This document shows, piece by piece, positions 21,147 to 31,284 of a DNA stretch of 35,691 bases. The translations under genes were made by a program, and so were the position numbers. The stretch lies in contig CAWGVG010000011.1 in NCBI GenBank assembly GCA_963825865.1, positions 1 to 35,691 on the forward strand, read 5' to 3'. Positions within the stretch are counted from its first letter, which is position 1. Every line of letters begins with the position of its first letter. Under the pieces are notes generated by a model. It was given only the letters and a program-made list of their open reading frames with translations, was not told where the DNA came from and searched no databases. The stretch comes from an uncultured Nitrososphaeraceae archaeon (lineage in GTDB: Archaea > Thermoproteota > Nitrososphaeria > Nitrososphaerales > Nitrososphaeraceae).

Positions 21147-22418
21147 TTAAAGCGAAATTTCTTTTATGTATCCCATGTATTTTTGAAGAATATCTGGAAC
21201 TTCAACCGTACCCTTTGAGGTCTGATAGTTTTCTAATATGGTTACTAGAGTTCGCTCAGTTGCCACAAGAGTACTATTCAAGGTGTGGACTAATCTGGTT
21301 TCCTCATTTGTCTTATCTCGGAATCTGATGCCGAGCCTGCGAGCTTGATAATCTGTGCAATTTGAACATGATCCGATCTCCCTGTATGCATTTTGACTTG
21401 GCATCCATGCTTCAATATCATATGTTTTGGCTGAAACTTTGCCCAACTCTGCAGAACAGAGCAATACTGTACGATAAGGTATTCCAAGTTTTTCATAGAA
21501 TTCCTCGGTTACTCTTAACATTTCATCATGTTCTTTCCATGAGTTTTCTGGACGAGAGTATGTGAATTGTTCAACCTTCTCAAACTGATGCACTCTGAAA
21601 ATACCCTTCATATCCTTGCCATGCGCACCAGCTTCTTTTCTAAAACATGGACTTATACCAGCATATTTAATTGGCAATTTCTTGCCATCTAAAATTTCAT
21701 CCATATACATTGAAGCCATTGCATGTTCCGAAGTACCTAACATATAGAGATCTTCTCCTTCAACTTTGTAAATTACATCTTCAAAATCCCCTAGTATTAT
21801 AGCTCCTTCCATAGCCTCCTTTTTAATCATATAAGGCGGTTGAGTGAGTGTATATCCTTTTTTTAATAAAAAGTCTAATGCAAAGTGTATCAGTGCTTGA
21901 TTCATCATTACTAGCTCATTTTTCAGAAAGTAAAATCTTGCACCTGATATCTTTGCAGCCCTCTCAATGTCAATCAGATCAAGGCTTGCCGCAATATCAA
22001 CATGGTCTTTAGGTTTGAAATCGAGCTTTTTGATAGTCTCCTGTTGTTTGACAATGAAGTTATCAGTTTCATCATTCCCAAATGGAACAGATTCATGAAT
22101 GATATTAGGAAGCAGCATCATTAGATGTTGGAACTTTGAATCGACCCTGATTTTTTCTTCATCAAGACCGACCATCCTATTTCTGATTTCATTCATTTCT
22201 TGTAGTTCCTGAGTTATTTTCTGCTTAGTCTTCTTTTTGGCGGCTATAGAATGTGCAACAATATTTTTACTATGGTTGATACCTTGTATTTCGGCTATCA
22301 ATTCCCGACGTCTTTTATCTAAAGCAATTAGCTCGTTAATTGGAAAATCTAATTTTCTCTTTTTTAACATATTCTCTATGACTTGTGGATTGTCTTTCAA
22401 TAGTTTTAAATCAAGCAT
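21147..22418 (-). CDS. serS: Seryl-tRNA synthetase
   Basis: MLDLKLL start, coiled coil, GTSEH, FRKEAGAHGKD..GIFRVHQFEKVEQF, EIGSCSNCTDYQARR and HTLNST motifs. Confidence 0.98.
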   Translation of the reverse strand: MLDLKLLKDNPQVIENMLKKRKLDFPINELIALDKRRRELIAEIQGINHSKNIVAHSIAAKKKTKQKITQELQEMNEIRNRMVGLDEEKIRVDSKFQHLMMLLPNIIHESVPFGNDETDNFIVKQQETIKKLDFKPKDHVDIAASLDLIDIERAAKISGARFYFLKNELVMMNQALIHFALDFLLKKGYTLTQPPYMIKKEAMEGAIILGDFEDVIYKVEGEDLYMLGTSEHAMASMYMDEILDGKKLPIKYAGISPCFRKEAGAHGKDMKGIFRVHQFEKVEQFTYSRPENSWKEHDEMLRVTEEFYEKLGIPYRTVLLCSAELGKVSAKTYDIEAWMPSQNAYREIGSCSNCTDYQARRLGIRFRDKTNEETRLVHTLNSTLVATERTLVTILENYQTSKGTVEVPDILQKYMGYIKEISL

Positions 22419-22677
22419 CCGCAATCACTTTTTTTGCAAGCGATATAAAGTCCAATACTTCGTCGATAGTATTGACAAGGGTTTCAATTTTAATGTTGCA
22501 GAAAAATTTAAGGAACAAAGTATTATTATTGTTTAAAAACATTTCCATTGATAGACATTTTGGAAAGTTGACATTATCTGGTATTAATGCCTCCATTATT
22601 GCATACATCTCAGATTTTTTTGAAAACTTTATCTCTATAATGACAATGATCTCAAGAGGCAGTTTCGAATTTGGCAT
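22411..22677 (-). CDS. pcc1: KEOPS complex subunit Pcc1
   Basis: An 88-aa protein (ALIPDNVNFP...TLVNTIDEVL) in the conserved rps15-DHH-pcc1 context. Confidence 0.8.
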   Translation of the reverse strand: MPNSKLPLEIIVIIEIKFSKKSEMYAIMEALIPDNVNFPKCLSMEMFLNNNNTLFLKFFCNIKIETLVNTIDEVLDFISLAKKVIADA

Positions 22678-24088
22678 TATCTATGGCGATCCTAACATTT
22701 TGTAAAAAATCTTCCAATCTTGCAGATGGAATTCTGCATCCGGCATCTGCAGAATGCCCACCTCCAATCCCACCAGCGGATTCTGAACAGTATCGCATTA
22801 TTAGACCTAGATTTGATTCGGATTTGCATCCAAGGCATTTTCTCGAAGAAAACTTGTAATTACCATCCTTGGTTATAGTTCTGACAAATAGCAATCTGCC
22901 ACAGAGTGTTGGAGAACCGCCTAACAATGAAGAAACTGCCCCAAGCATATCTTCAGCTAAAAGTCCCTCTCCGTTTACAAAAACAGAGTTCCCATTATCA
23001 ATCAAGCGCCATTTTTCTGCGAAAATGGTAGAAATGTAATTCCTCAAAGTTGTTCTATATTGGTCAACTATTTCTTCACCTTCGGTTAACATTGTGTTTC
23101 TATCACCCATACAAATTCCAATACCAACACCAGCTTTTCTTATCCTTCCACATGCGTTGAGCATGATCGAAAACTCTCTGGCATCACGAAGTTGGCTCCT
23201 TTGATCTTCATTTGTGAGTGTATATGTATAACCTATAAGATTGTCTTTTATATCGGTTGCAGTATATTTTGAAGAAGTAACCACAAATTTGGCAATCGCA
23301 TCTAGGATAAAACTTTTCTCTTCGTTCGAAATTTCAGAAAGGACGCGCCATCTCCCATTATCCTTCATCTTTATTCCAGCATTTTTGATTATTTCATAAC
23401 AGTTTTCTATGTTCCATGTCAGTCCTTCGATATAAGGAGATGGGGTATAGGCAAGAGATTCATGAAGGGGTCTGGTTTCTCGTCCTGTAAACATAAGATC
23501 TAGATCTACGCTGATCAGTCCTAGTGACTGAGCAATCTTCACAATTTCTGAATTTACGCCGAGAAGGGATCTCTTATCCCCTTGGTCCTGTCTATCTGCT
23601 AAAGCAGAAACAATCGCAGTAGAGGAAAGATCCCTGTTTTTTCTGTCAAGTGTGCTAGCAACCATATATGCCATCCCTCCAGCGCAGATTTCATTACCAC
23701 CATTAATACCAAATTTCCAAGCATTTAGGACCTGATCATTATAATCTGTCGTTTCTTCTTGGTAAATTTGATGGTGATCAATTGCCACCCATCTCTTATC
23801 AAGAGCCTTGAGCAATTCCTTTGCCATCCTTCCACCAAGGTCTGTGATTATATAGAAATCGTGGTTTTCAAACTTCATTTGTTCAATAACATTCAAAGTC
23901 ATATCAGAAACACTTCTAACAGTACATTGGGCGCCTAATCTCATTAAAGACATAGAAATAATGCTGCCAGAAATTATACCATCTGCATCTAAATGTGTGA
24001 TAACAGAAATTTCGTTATCATTTTCAATAACATTGTTAATCTTTTCACAAAAAGGTTTTAGAGCCTGCTTGAGTTCGTTGATGCCCAT
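22652..24088 (-). CDS. DHH/DHHA1 family phosphoesterase (RecJ/Cdc45-like)
   Basis: THLDADG, ITDLG, IDHH, ALADRQD, LNACGR and GGGHSADAG motifs. Confidence 0.93.
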   Translation of the reverse strand: MGINELKQALKPFCEKINNVIENDNEISVITHLDADGIISGSIISMSLMRLGAQCTVRSVSDMTLNVIEQMKFENHDFYIITDLGGRMAKELLKALDKRWVAIDHHQIYQEETTDYNDQVLNAWKFGINGGNEICAGGMAYMVASTLDRKNRDLSSTAIVSALADRQDQGDKRSLLGVNSEIVKIAQSLGLISVDLDLMFTGRETRPLHESLAYTPSPYIEGLTWNIENCYEIIKNAGIKMKDNGRWRVLSEISNEEKSFILDAIAKFVVTSSKYTATDIKDNLIGYTYTLTNEDQRSQLRDAREFSIMLNACGRIRKAGVGIGICMGDRNTMLTEGEEIVDQYRTTLRNYISTIFAEKWRLIDNGNSVFVNGEGLLAEDMLGAVSSLLGGSPTLCGRLLFVRTITKDGNYKFSSRKCLGCKSESNLGLIMRYCSESAGGIGGGHSADAGCRIPSARLEDFLQNVRIAIDNAKFETAS

Positions 24089-24097
24089 GCTACGCTC

Positions 24098-24547
24098 TTA
24101 CTCTAGCTGAGCAATAACCGCTGCGTACTTCCAGCTTTTCTCAATCTTCCCAATACGTTTGTAGTATCTAGAAAGTCTATGAATCTTTGCTTCAATAAGC
24201 TCTAATGAACGGACGTTTCGGTGGTCACTATTGTGAGCTCTAAGATGTTTTTGAAGTCCCACAGCCTTTTGAACTAGTCGACTTAAATCCTCAGGCATAT
24301 CTCGTTTGATATTATTTTCATCAAGTATTTCTGTAATATTTTTACCTACAACTGGCTTCACAAGGGGTATACCATATTCGTCGCGCAAACGAAGGCCTAT
24401 TTCACTTGAAGTTAGACCTTCCTTCGATAATTGTACAACTAACGAAAACACGTCTCCTTGGCTTTGTGTTAGCCAAACCGGTGTATTCTTGGAAGTTGGA
24501 CGAGTCGAATGTGATTTACCATGAGTAGGAGAATGCATTCGTGCCAT
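24098..24547 (-). CDS. rps15: 30S ribosomal protein S15 (uS15/S13e type)
   Basis: MARMHSPTHGKSHSTRP...IGLRLRDEYGIP...LIEAKIHRLSRYYK. Confidence 0.98.
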   Translation of the reverse strand: MARMHSPTHGKSHSTRPTSKNTPVWLTQSQGDVFSLVVQLSKEGLTSSEIGLRLRDEYGIPLVKPVVGKNITEILDENNIKRDMPEDLSRLVQKAVGLQKHLRAHNSDHRNVRSLELIEAKIHRLSRYYKRIGKIEKSWKYAAVIAQLE

Positions 24548-24671
24548 ATCTGTTTAAAAGAAACGAATGCATATCTTAAACGTTACTTGACTATGCTAAA
24601 TGTGTTACATTAGCTTAGTAAAAATAAAGATAAGTTATTTTTAGTTCTGCTATATGATTGTAGATATCAAA

Positions 24672-24880
24672 TATAGCAGCTGGGGAGGGTACTTACCTTC
24701 TTCGAGGGTTTAGGCACTCGGTAACACATTGGCAGTGTGTTGGTTTCAAATTGGCTTAGCCATACCAGCTATGTCTAATAACTTCTAAAGCTGAGCCGGT
24801 AATTATCCAAGATATAGGACCTCCTCATCACGGACTCCTATAGATATCATGACCCCTATTGGTTGACACTGATTGCTATA
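24672..24880 (+). ncRNA. Candidate structured non-coding RNA of unknown family
   Basis: At least 6 helices, with G-U wobbles consistently on the + strand, in a locally GC-richer island with no ORF (see findings). Confidence 0.35.
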
Positions 24881-25080
24881 GATATATATCACGTATAAAA
24901 ATCCAATTTTCCAATCTATATTAACTCCTTTAAAAATCTAAAATCACATAGCAAAACCAACAGTGAGAAGTGTTGTTATACAACAGTTTTATACATCAGC
25001 AGCATCACACCTTACCTAATCATTAGGAGACTGAATAAAAGATATTGACCATTCTTTCTACAGATGTGGTGAAGTGACAT

Positions 25081-25124
25081 GATTAGTAATAAGATGACAT
25101 TGTTGTGTCATTTTATTACTAATC
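25081..25124 (+). repeat. 20-bp inverted repeat / hairpin with a 4-nt loop
   Basis: GATTAGTAATAAGATGACAT-TGTT-GTGTCATTTTATTACTAATC gives 18 Watson-Crick and 2 G-T pairs. Confidence 0.9.
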
Positions 25125-25158
25125 TTAATATTTAAGACTAATTAGAAAATAATGTCAG

Positions 25159-25479
25159 TTGAAAGATTATGATCACATAATTTTATGGCTTGATTATTTT
25201 AACAAGCATTTATCGAGACAGAAAGGTCGTAAAGTAAAAAGGTCTCGTGCAGTTTTTGATCCGATAGTCTCAGAGCTAGTTGATGCTGCCAAATTAGCAG
25301 GTTACAATCCTACGACAGAAGAAACTAATAACCAGGCAAGATATCCTAGAAGATATTTTGTAAAATCAGGATATATAATGCTCTCGAAACCAGAAGGTGT
25401 AAAAAAATCTGCAATCATTGATACCATTGCAGAAAAAATGATACAAAAAAGAAATAAACAGAAATCTAGTCAAAGATAG
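25159..25479 (+). CDS. srp19: Signal recognition particle 19 kDa protein
   Basis: ILWLDYFNKHLSRQKGRKV...ARYPR...SGYI motifs. TTG start with TATTTAAG about 25 nt upstream. Confidence 0.93.
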   Translation: MKDYDHIILWLDYFNKHLSRQKGRKVKRSRAVFDPIVSELVDAAKLAGYNPTTEETNNQARYPRRYFVKSGYIMLSKPEGVKKSAIIDTIAEKMIQKRNKQKSSQR

Positions 25480-25604
25480 CAATTAAAGGATAATAATAAC
25501 AACCTGTCTTCTTGCGCTTGATATGGGATGATGTTTATCAATTAAATGAATTTTTATTGACAGAACACAATGATAATAAGTGAAGTATATGGTCGTTATA
25601 TGTT

Positions 25605-25925
25605 ATGGAGGAAAGCGGAGAAGTCATGCATTTAGCAAAGAGTGGAAGACTCATTGTGAAACTTGGAACTGCTGGCAAAGAAACTAAGAGTGGTGAATTA
25701 TTAGTTGATGAAAACGGAAAACGCATAGGCAAAGTAATAGAAGTAATTGGATCTACTGCTGCACCTTATGCATCAGTAATACCACAGACAGACAGAACAA
25801 ACAAGATCACAGGTATTAAGGTATTTAGTGGCGGATTCTTACCTAAAAGACGACCCTCTAAACGCAGTGATTACAAAAAAGGAGGCTTTGGGCGAAATAG
25901 GAAGGCAGGGGTTAATCAACTATGA
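25605..25925 (+). CDS. gar1: H/ACA RNP protein Gar1/Naf1 family
   Basis: GEVMHLAKSGRLIV...DENGKRIGKVIEVIGSTAAPYASV, in the conserved srp19-gar1-tfb context. Confidence 0.88.
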   Translation: MEESGEVMHLAKSGRLIVKLGTAGKETKSGELLVDENGKRIGKVIEVIGSTAAPYASVIPQTDRTNKITGIKVFSGGFLPKRRPSKRSDYKKGGFGRNRKAGVNQL

Positions 25926-27011
25926 TATCAACAGAATATTATACTCAATGTCCTGAATGTGATTCTGGTCTTGTTCACGATTACAGCAAGGGAGAATACA
26001 TTTGCCAGAAATGTGGATGTGTAGTAATGGACCAGGTTGATGATTATGGTCCAGAATCACATTCAACTGACCTCGAAGAAAAGTCAAAGAACGTACGCGC
26101 CAGCGGATTTACTAGCTTCTCACTACATGATTATGGTTTGAGAACAGAAATTGGTTTTGGCTCAAAAGATTATAGTGGTAAGTCAATTGAATACGAGATG
26201 GCAGAACAAATGAATAATATGCGCAAATGGCATTCAAGAATAAGAGTAGCATCTCCAAAAGAAAGAAGACTCTCAAATGTTTTATCTAAAATTAACGAGA
26301 CTTGTTCTGCAATGTTACTTCCAAAGATATTAGTAGAAACAGCAGCAATGCTTTACCGAAACTTTGAAAATAAAAATGAAGCAAAGGGAAAATCCATTGC
26401 ATGTATGGCAGCAGCAACAATTTACCTAGCATGTAAAAGATGCTCAGTAATAAGATCTTTAGAAGAAATCATTAAAGCAACCGGTATAACTGAACAAGAC
26501 AGATCTAGTCTGAAACTCGCAGCGAAATACTATAGACTAATGGTTATGGAGATGGGCGTCTTTACAGAACATCCAGCAGCAGGAACAACATCACCCTCTT
26601 CTACTATTAGTACCTGGTGTTTCTATAACAACAACAACTTCATCATCCTCATCGTTGCCTTTCTCTCCTTTAACACAATCTACACCAATTCCAGTAAGAC
26701 TCGCAATCGATCAATATATTGCTAAACTAGCAAACACGGCAAAGATTGATACGAAAGTTGAGAGGTTGGCAATTGACATAGCGCATAAAACTGATGACCG
26801 TCTTCTTGCAGACGGCAAGGCTCCAAATGGTCTAGCTGCAGCATATATTTACTTGGCTGCGGTATTGCTTGGAGTTAATCTTCTGCAAATAGATGTATCA
26901 AGCCTTGCGGGTATCACAGAAGTTACCATCCGTAATAGGTGCAAGGACATCCTGACAAGTTTTAAACTAACAATAACAATTAAGTCATCAGCGGGAACGA
27001 ATTTCAGCTAA
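25922..27011 (+). CDS. tfb: Transcription initiation factor IIB; +1 frameshift near 26610
   Basis: Zn ribbon CPEC...CQKCG, LHDYGL, first cyclin repeat, and a second repeat in 26655..27011 (GKAPNGLAAAYIY, ITEVTIRNR). Confidence 0.93.
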
Positions 27012-27953
27012 AGGCCCATTGAAATTAGTTATAGGACAGACTTTTTCTCGACTTTTTTACTTCCTCTGATATCTTTTATTTCTAATGGATGAAATTTGCC
27101 TTGTTACTAGTTAACGTTCTTCTTTGATATTACACATCAGCTTTTTGTTTCTAAAGAATTATCAAGTTAATTTCTAAAGTCTCAATGTTATCATTATAGA
27201 TTTAAGAAAAATCCCGTTATTACAGCCAAAGTCATTATAATTGACATTCATAATTATGCCAACAAAATAGGCATGTTTGGTTTGCTTCGTCTCGATGCAA
27301 ATGAATGTTCTAGAAGTCCCATGATATCCTGAAGGCGTGTTCTATCCTCCGTTTTAGGCGAGCTGATTGTAACAGCTTAAACTGTTATCCGATTTCGGTA
27401 AAACTATGAAATAGGCATGTTTTTCAGTTCCGTCTAAAGCCATTCAAACAGCTTTTCATTCATTTATAGATGGAACATGACTGGAAGATAGATGTACGAA
27501 AAAATCTGTAAGCGTAAGATGTCAACTCAGCTACAACACAAATACAACGATATAATTAACACAACCACCCATTTACATTTGGAAAACGATAACTGTTTGG
27601 AAACTATAATGTTCGAGAGAAAAAACTAAAAGGATAAAGGAGCTCTAATTCTCTATCAAAACATAGCGTGTAAAAGGATCAAAGATTCATTTTGTCCCTC
27701 TAGGCAAGATTATAAAATAATGTTTAAGAATTTTAGCTATGTCCCAATAATTAAGTGATAAATCTATGCCGACGTCGACTAAATAAGCAATTTCATGATA
27801 AAGCTTATTTATTACTTTTTGACATATTTGTAATACTGAGCACTGTACACATGAAGCACAGTAATTCAAATGAAGAAATCGTATTAAAATACTTGCTTCA
27901 GTTCACCTGTTTATAATAATATTTATAATCCAGATTATGATCGCTTTATATTA

Positions 27954-28163
27954 ATGGAAAGACTCAATGGCGAAATCATCACAGGAATTGCTTTAGCTTT
28001 CATGGCTATTTTGTTTCTCTATGCAGGTACGGTTAATACAGTCTGGGCAACAATAAGACCGGCGGATTTTCTTATCCTAGCAATTGGTGCAGCCTTTATT
28101 ATTCTTGGAATGTGGACCATCAAGAAGAATCGAAGCATCAAAAACGAACACCCTCATTCCTGA
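27954..28163 (+). CDS. Small two-TM membrane protein
   Basis: ATG about 30 nt after TTTATAA, two hydrophobic segments, a basic tail and a T-run after the stop. Confidence 0.7.
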   Translation: MERLNGEIITGIALAFMAILFLYAGTVNTVWATIRPADFLILAIGAAFIILGMWTIKKNRSIKNEHPHS

Positions 28164-28322
28164 TTTTTTGTTATCGAAACGAGAATTTGTTTAAAAAAAT
28201 AATGTAATATATCGTTGTTGTTGTTGTTTATATACGTAGTATAAAGTTGTACTTGCTCCATATGCGGATTATTTATTATAACAATTTATAGTGCCAAGAA
28301 AACATTACTGCTAACCATTTTT

Positions 28323-29399
28323 TTATAATATTTCGTTTTTCCCATCTAGTTTGGCTACAACGTCTTTCTTTCCTCTCTTTTCATCAACTATTCCTATTTG
28401 ACTGCATCTCATCCTGTATTTCTCAAATATACTAATGGCTCTATCAACTGAATCTTTTGGAAGTATTACACAAAATCCTATTCCCATATTGAATGTTTTG
28501 TACATTTCCTTCGTTTCAATATGTCCATCTATCTGTATCTGTTTGAATATGCCATGTGCCACAGGCAAGTTGTCAAGGTTGTATCTTACATTCTTATTAA
28601 GACGTGGTAGTTTTGTAAAGGAGCCGCCAGTAATGTGAGCAAAACCATGAACTGAAATATGTTTTTGTTTCAATATTTCCATGACAGGTTTGACATATAT
28701 TCTGGTAGGAGTAAGCATTTCTTCACCTAGTGGGTGGATCAAATGATCAGGTGTATCATTAATAGAATATTTTGAGAGAAGAATTCTGCGAGCAAGCGTA
28801 TAACCGTTTGAATGCAAACCGCTGCTTTCTACTCCTAAAATTATGTCACCGGGTTTGATTTTATCACCCAATACCAACTTTGACTTATCAACAATCCCAA
28901 GAACCATACCTGCAAGGTCAAATGCATTTTTATCATCACCAGTAATGAGATCAGGTAAGATTGCAGTTTCTCCTCCAACTATTGCCATATTACATTGTCT
29001 TGCTCCTTTGACAAGACCCCTTGCCACATCTTGTAGAAGGATTTCATTTGTAGACTTTAATGCAATGTAATCCACAAATGCAAGTGGTTGGGCGCCAACA
29101 CAGATAACATCATTGACGTTCATTGCAATGCAGTCAATTCCAACATTATCAAAACGGTTCATCATTATGGCTATGATTACCTTTGTTCCAACTCCATCAG
29201 AGTGCAACGCAAGGACTTTGGAACCGATATCAATCAATCCTGCATAATGTCCAAAGCCTGAAATAACTTTTCCTATGGAAGGTAAGCAATGAGTAAGAGA
29301 AATTATACGACCAACCGATTTTTGGGCTTTACGGATCTTTTTGACATCTATGCCCGTTCTGCCGTAGGTCATTCTTTTTGATTTCAACGTGTTAATCAT
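28323..29399 (-). CDS. purM: Phosphoribosylformylglycinamidine cyclo-ligase (AIR synthetase)
   Basis: DGVGTK, GIDCIAMNVND, GGETA, SSGLHSNGY, HITGG and TFNMGIG motifs. An alternative start lies at 29372. Confidence 0.97.
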   Translation of the reverse strand: MINTLKSKRMTYGRTGIDVKKIRKAQKSVGRIISLTHCLPSIGKVISGFGHYAGLIDIGSKVLALHSDGVGTKVIIAIMMNRFDNVGIDCIAMNVNDVICVGAQPLAFVDYIALKSTNEILLQDVARGLVKGARQCNMAIVGGETAILPDLITGDDKNAFDLAGMVLGIVDKSKLVLGDKIKPGDIILGVESSGLHSNGYTLARRILLSKYSINDTPDHLIHPLGEEMLTPTRIYVKPVMEILKQKHISVHGFAHITGGSFTKLPRLNKNVRYNLDNLPVAHGIFKQIQIDGHIETKEMYKTFNMGIGFCVILPKDSVDRAISIFEKYRMRCSQIGIVDEKRGKKDVVAKLDGKNEIL

Positions 29400-29661
29400 A
29401 CATAAGAAGTACCTATTCTAATAAATGCCTATGATAATTCACGATATTGATAACAGAGACTTCTTTTTAATCAATCTAATTAGTTCTGTGAGAATCAGGA
29501 TTTGGATGGGATGGAAACATTCAAAATTTAGTAGCATTCAACGAAGTTTTTTTTTCAATTCCTTATCATAAAATTAGTCTCAATATTATATCTATTGAAA
29601 GATACTAACTTTACTATCAAGTTTAATTAAGGAATATAGAGAGGTCTGTTATACCTATTTG

Positions 29662-30690
29662 TTAAATGGAATGTTTCTCGATCCATCTATCAGTATAGCG
29701 TTTTTGGTTTTGTAATACTACTATTCTTGATATTTCACTTTCATCCATTATAGAAAATTTAGGCATTTTATTACATAAGTCTCTTGAAAAGGTCCGAATT
29801 TCATTCATTTCAACCATGTTATCTTTCATAAGACGTGCTGTTGACATTCCTATGTGCATATAAGATTTTAATTCAATGAAGTGTGAATTACCTTGAGACA
29901 TGATTTCAGCGAAATCATTGATAAACTCGGTATTTTCGTTATATCCTCTGATCATCGTCATTCTCAGAACAGTTCGTGTTTTTACAGTCGAAAGAAAATT
30001 TAGACTTTTCCACCACCTCTCCCATGCGTCTTTGTGCCGGGGTCGGTTAATACGATAAAACATCTTTCTATTGGATGCATTGGTAGATAGATATAGTTGA
30101 GTAGGTAACGCATTTTCGTCAGCCAATCGCTGGAGCATCTCCGGCTCTTGGCCATTTGTTACAAGGAATATAGATTTTGTCGCTTTCAAGGTTTTAAGAT
30201 AATTAATTAATTGTGGTAGTTTAGGATACATAGTTGGTTCTCCAGATAATGAAATTGCATAATGTGCAGGCAGCAGAGACTCGTCAAGCTTTTTCTTGTC
30301 GTTCTTTGCATTGCCATAGAAACCATTAATCAATTTCTTGCGCTCCGCTATTAAATGTTCAACAATAACATCAGGTTCATCAACCAATTCTGCAGGCATT
30401 TCTAATGTATCATAAAATTCAGTTGGTCGCCAACAGTAAACACATCTATTTTCACAATTCATAACAGTCGGAGTCATTTCCATACATCGATGGGTTGAAA
30501 TTCCGTAGAACTTGTGCTTATAGCAATTACCTTGACCCGCAAAAGACTTTTTTGTCCAATGACAAAGCTCAACAGCAGAATGATTATAGACTCCGTACTT
30601 TGCCTTTTGTAGTTTTGACTTTATTTGTGAGGTTATCTGGATAAGATTATCTTCTGTAGCATGGGAAATATATTCAGCAGAGCAACTCAT
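29662..30690 (-). CDS. taw1: 4-demethylwyosine synthase (radical SAM)
   Basis: HSAVELCHW, CYKHKFYGISTHRC, CENRCVYCWR and AISLSGEPT motifs. Confidence 0.96.
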   Translation of the reverse strand: MSCSAEYISHATEDNLIQITSQIKSKLQKAKYGVYNHSAVELCHWTKKSFAGQGNCYKHKFYGISTHRCMEMTPTVMNCENRCVYCWRPTEFYDTLEMPAELVDEPDVIVEHLIAERKKLINGFYGNAKNDKKKLDESLLPAHYAISLSGEPTMYPKLPQLINYLKTLKATKSIFLVTNGQEPEMLQRLADENALPTQLYLSTNASNRKMFYRINRPRHKDAWERWWKSLNFLSTVKTRTVLRMTMIRGYNENTEFINDFAEIMSQGNSHFIELKSYMHIGMSTARLMKDNMVEMNEIRTFSRDLCNKMPKFSIMDESEISRIVVLQNQKRYTDRWIEKHSI

Positions 30691-31179
30691 TTAAGTTATA
30701 CTATTATGAATTGAATTTAAAGTTTACAATAGAGCAATAGAACTTTCGAGCAAGCAAACTATAGGTGTCGGCTCTAAACGATATGGCTAGTTGGTTCGAT
30801 TTGGTCGTCGATTGTAACTAGCAATTATAACTTTAATTTGAAGGATATGTACTGTTCTAACACGCATAGGCAAAAGTTAAAGCTATTCCATAGTGGAAGC
30901 AAGTTTTATAAGTAATCAGGATATGTTATTAAAAGGAAATTCATAGCCCAATCTTGTCCTAATTGCTTTCTTATAATATCCATCATTTGTTTTCCTAGTA
31001 ACTAAGAAATCCTTACATAAGGAATTACTAACATTGTAAAACTATGTGAAGTGATGATACATATAATAATATTGTCCATAACATATTATAATATCATAAG
31101 AATATGTAGTGCATTATTACCATGCAGGCTCATGTGGTATCTACAATTATATACGGTCATTTCCGCAGAATGATTACGT

Positions 31180-31284
31180 GGCCTTCGTAGTATAGCCTGG
31201 TTAGTATAGGCGGCTGTGGGCATTTGCTCTAAACGAGCTATCGAAAGAAACCGCTTGAGGAGGGTTCAAATCCCTCCGAAGGCC
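31180..31284 (+). tRNA. tRNA-His(GTG) with a 30-nt intron at 37/38 (31220-31249) and encoded G-1
   Basis: Acceptor stem GCCTTCG/CGAAGGC with G-1 and discriminator C, anticodon arm GGCGG CT GTG G|A CCGCT, and T-arm GAGGG TTCAAAT CCCTC. Confidence 0.93.

Noticed and set aside
24810-24835. Minus-strand GAGGAGGTCC resembling RNase P CR-I, plus a GTGATGA C-box
   Set aside because: No CR-V (ACAGAA...GGCTTA) or D-box partner is present, and the helix wobbles favour the + strand.
27265-27440. Direct repeat AAATAGGCATGTTT twice, about 143 bp apart
   Set aside because: Only two copies within what looks like a decayed minus-strand ORF. It has no array or element features.
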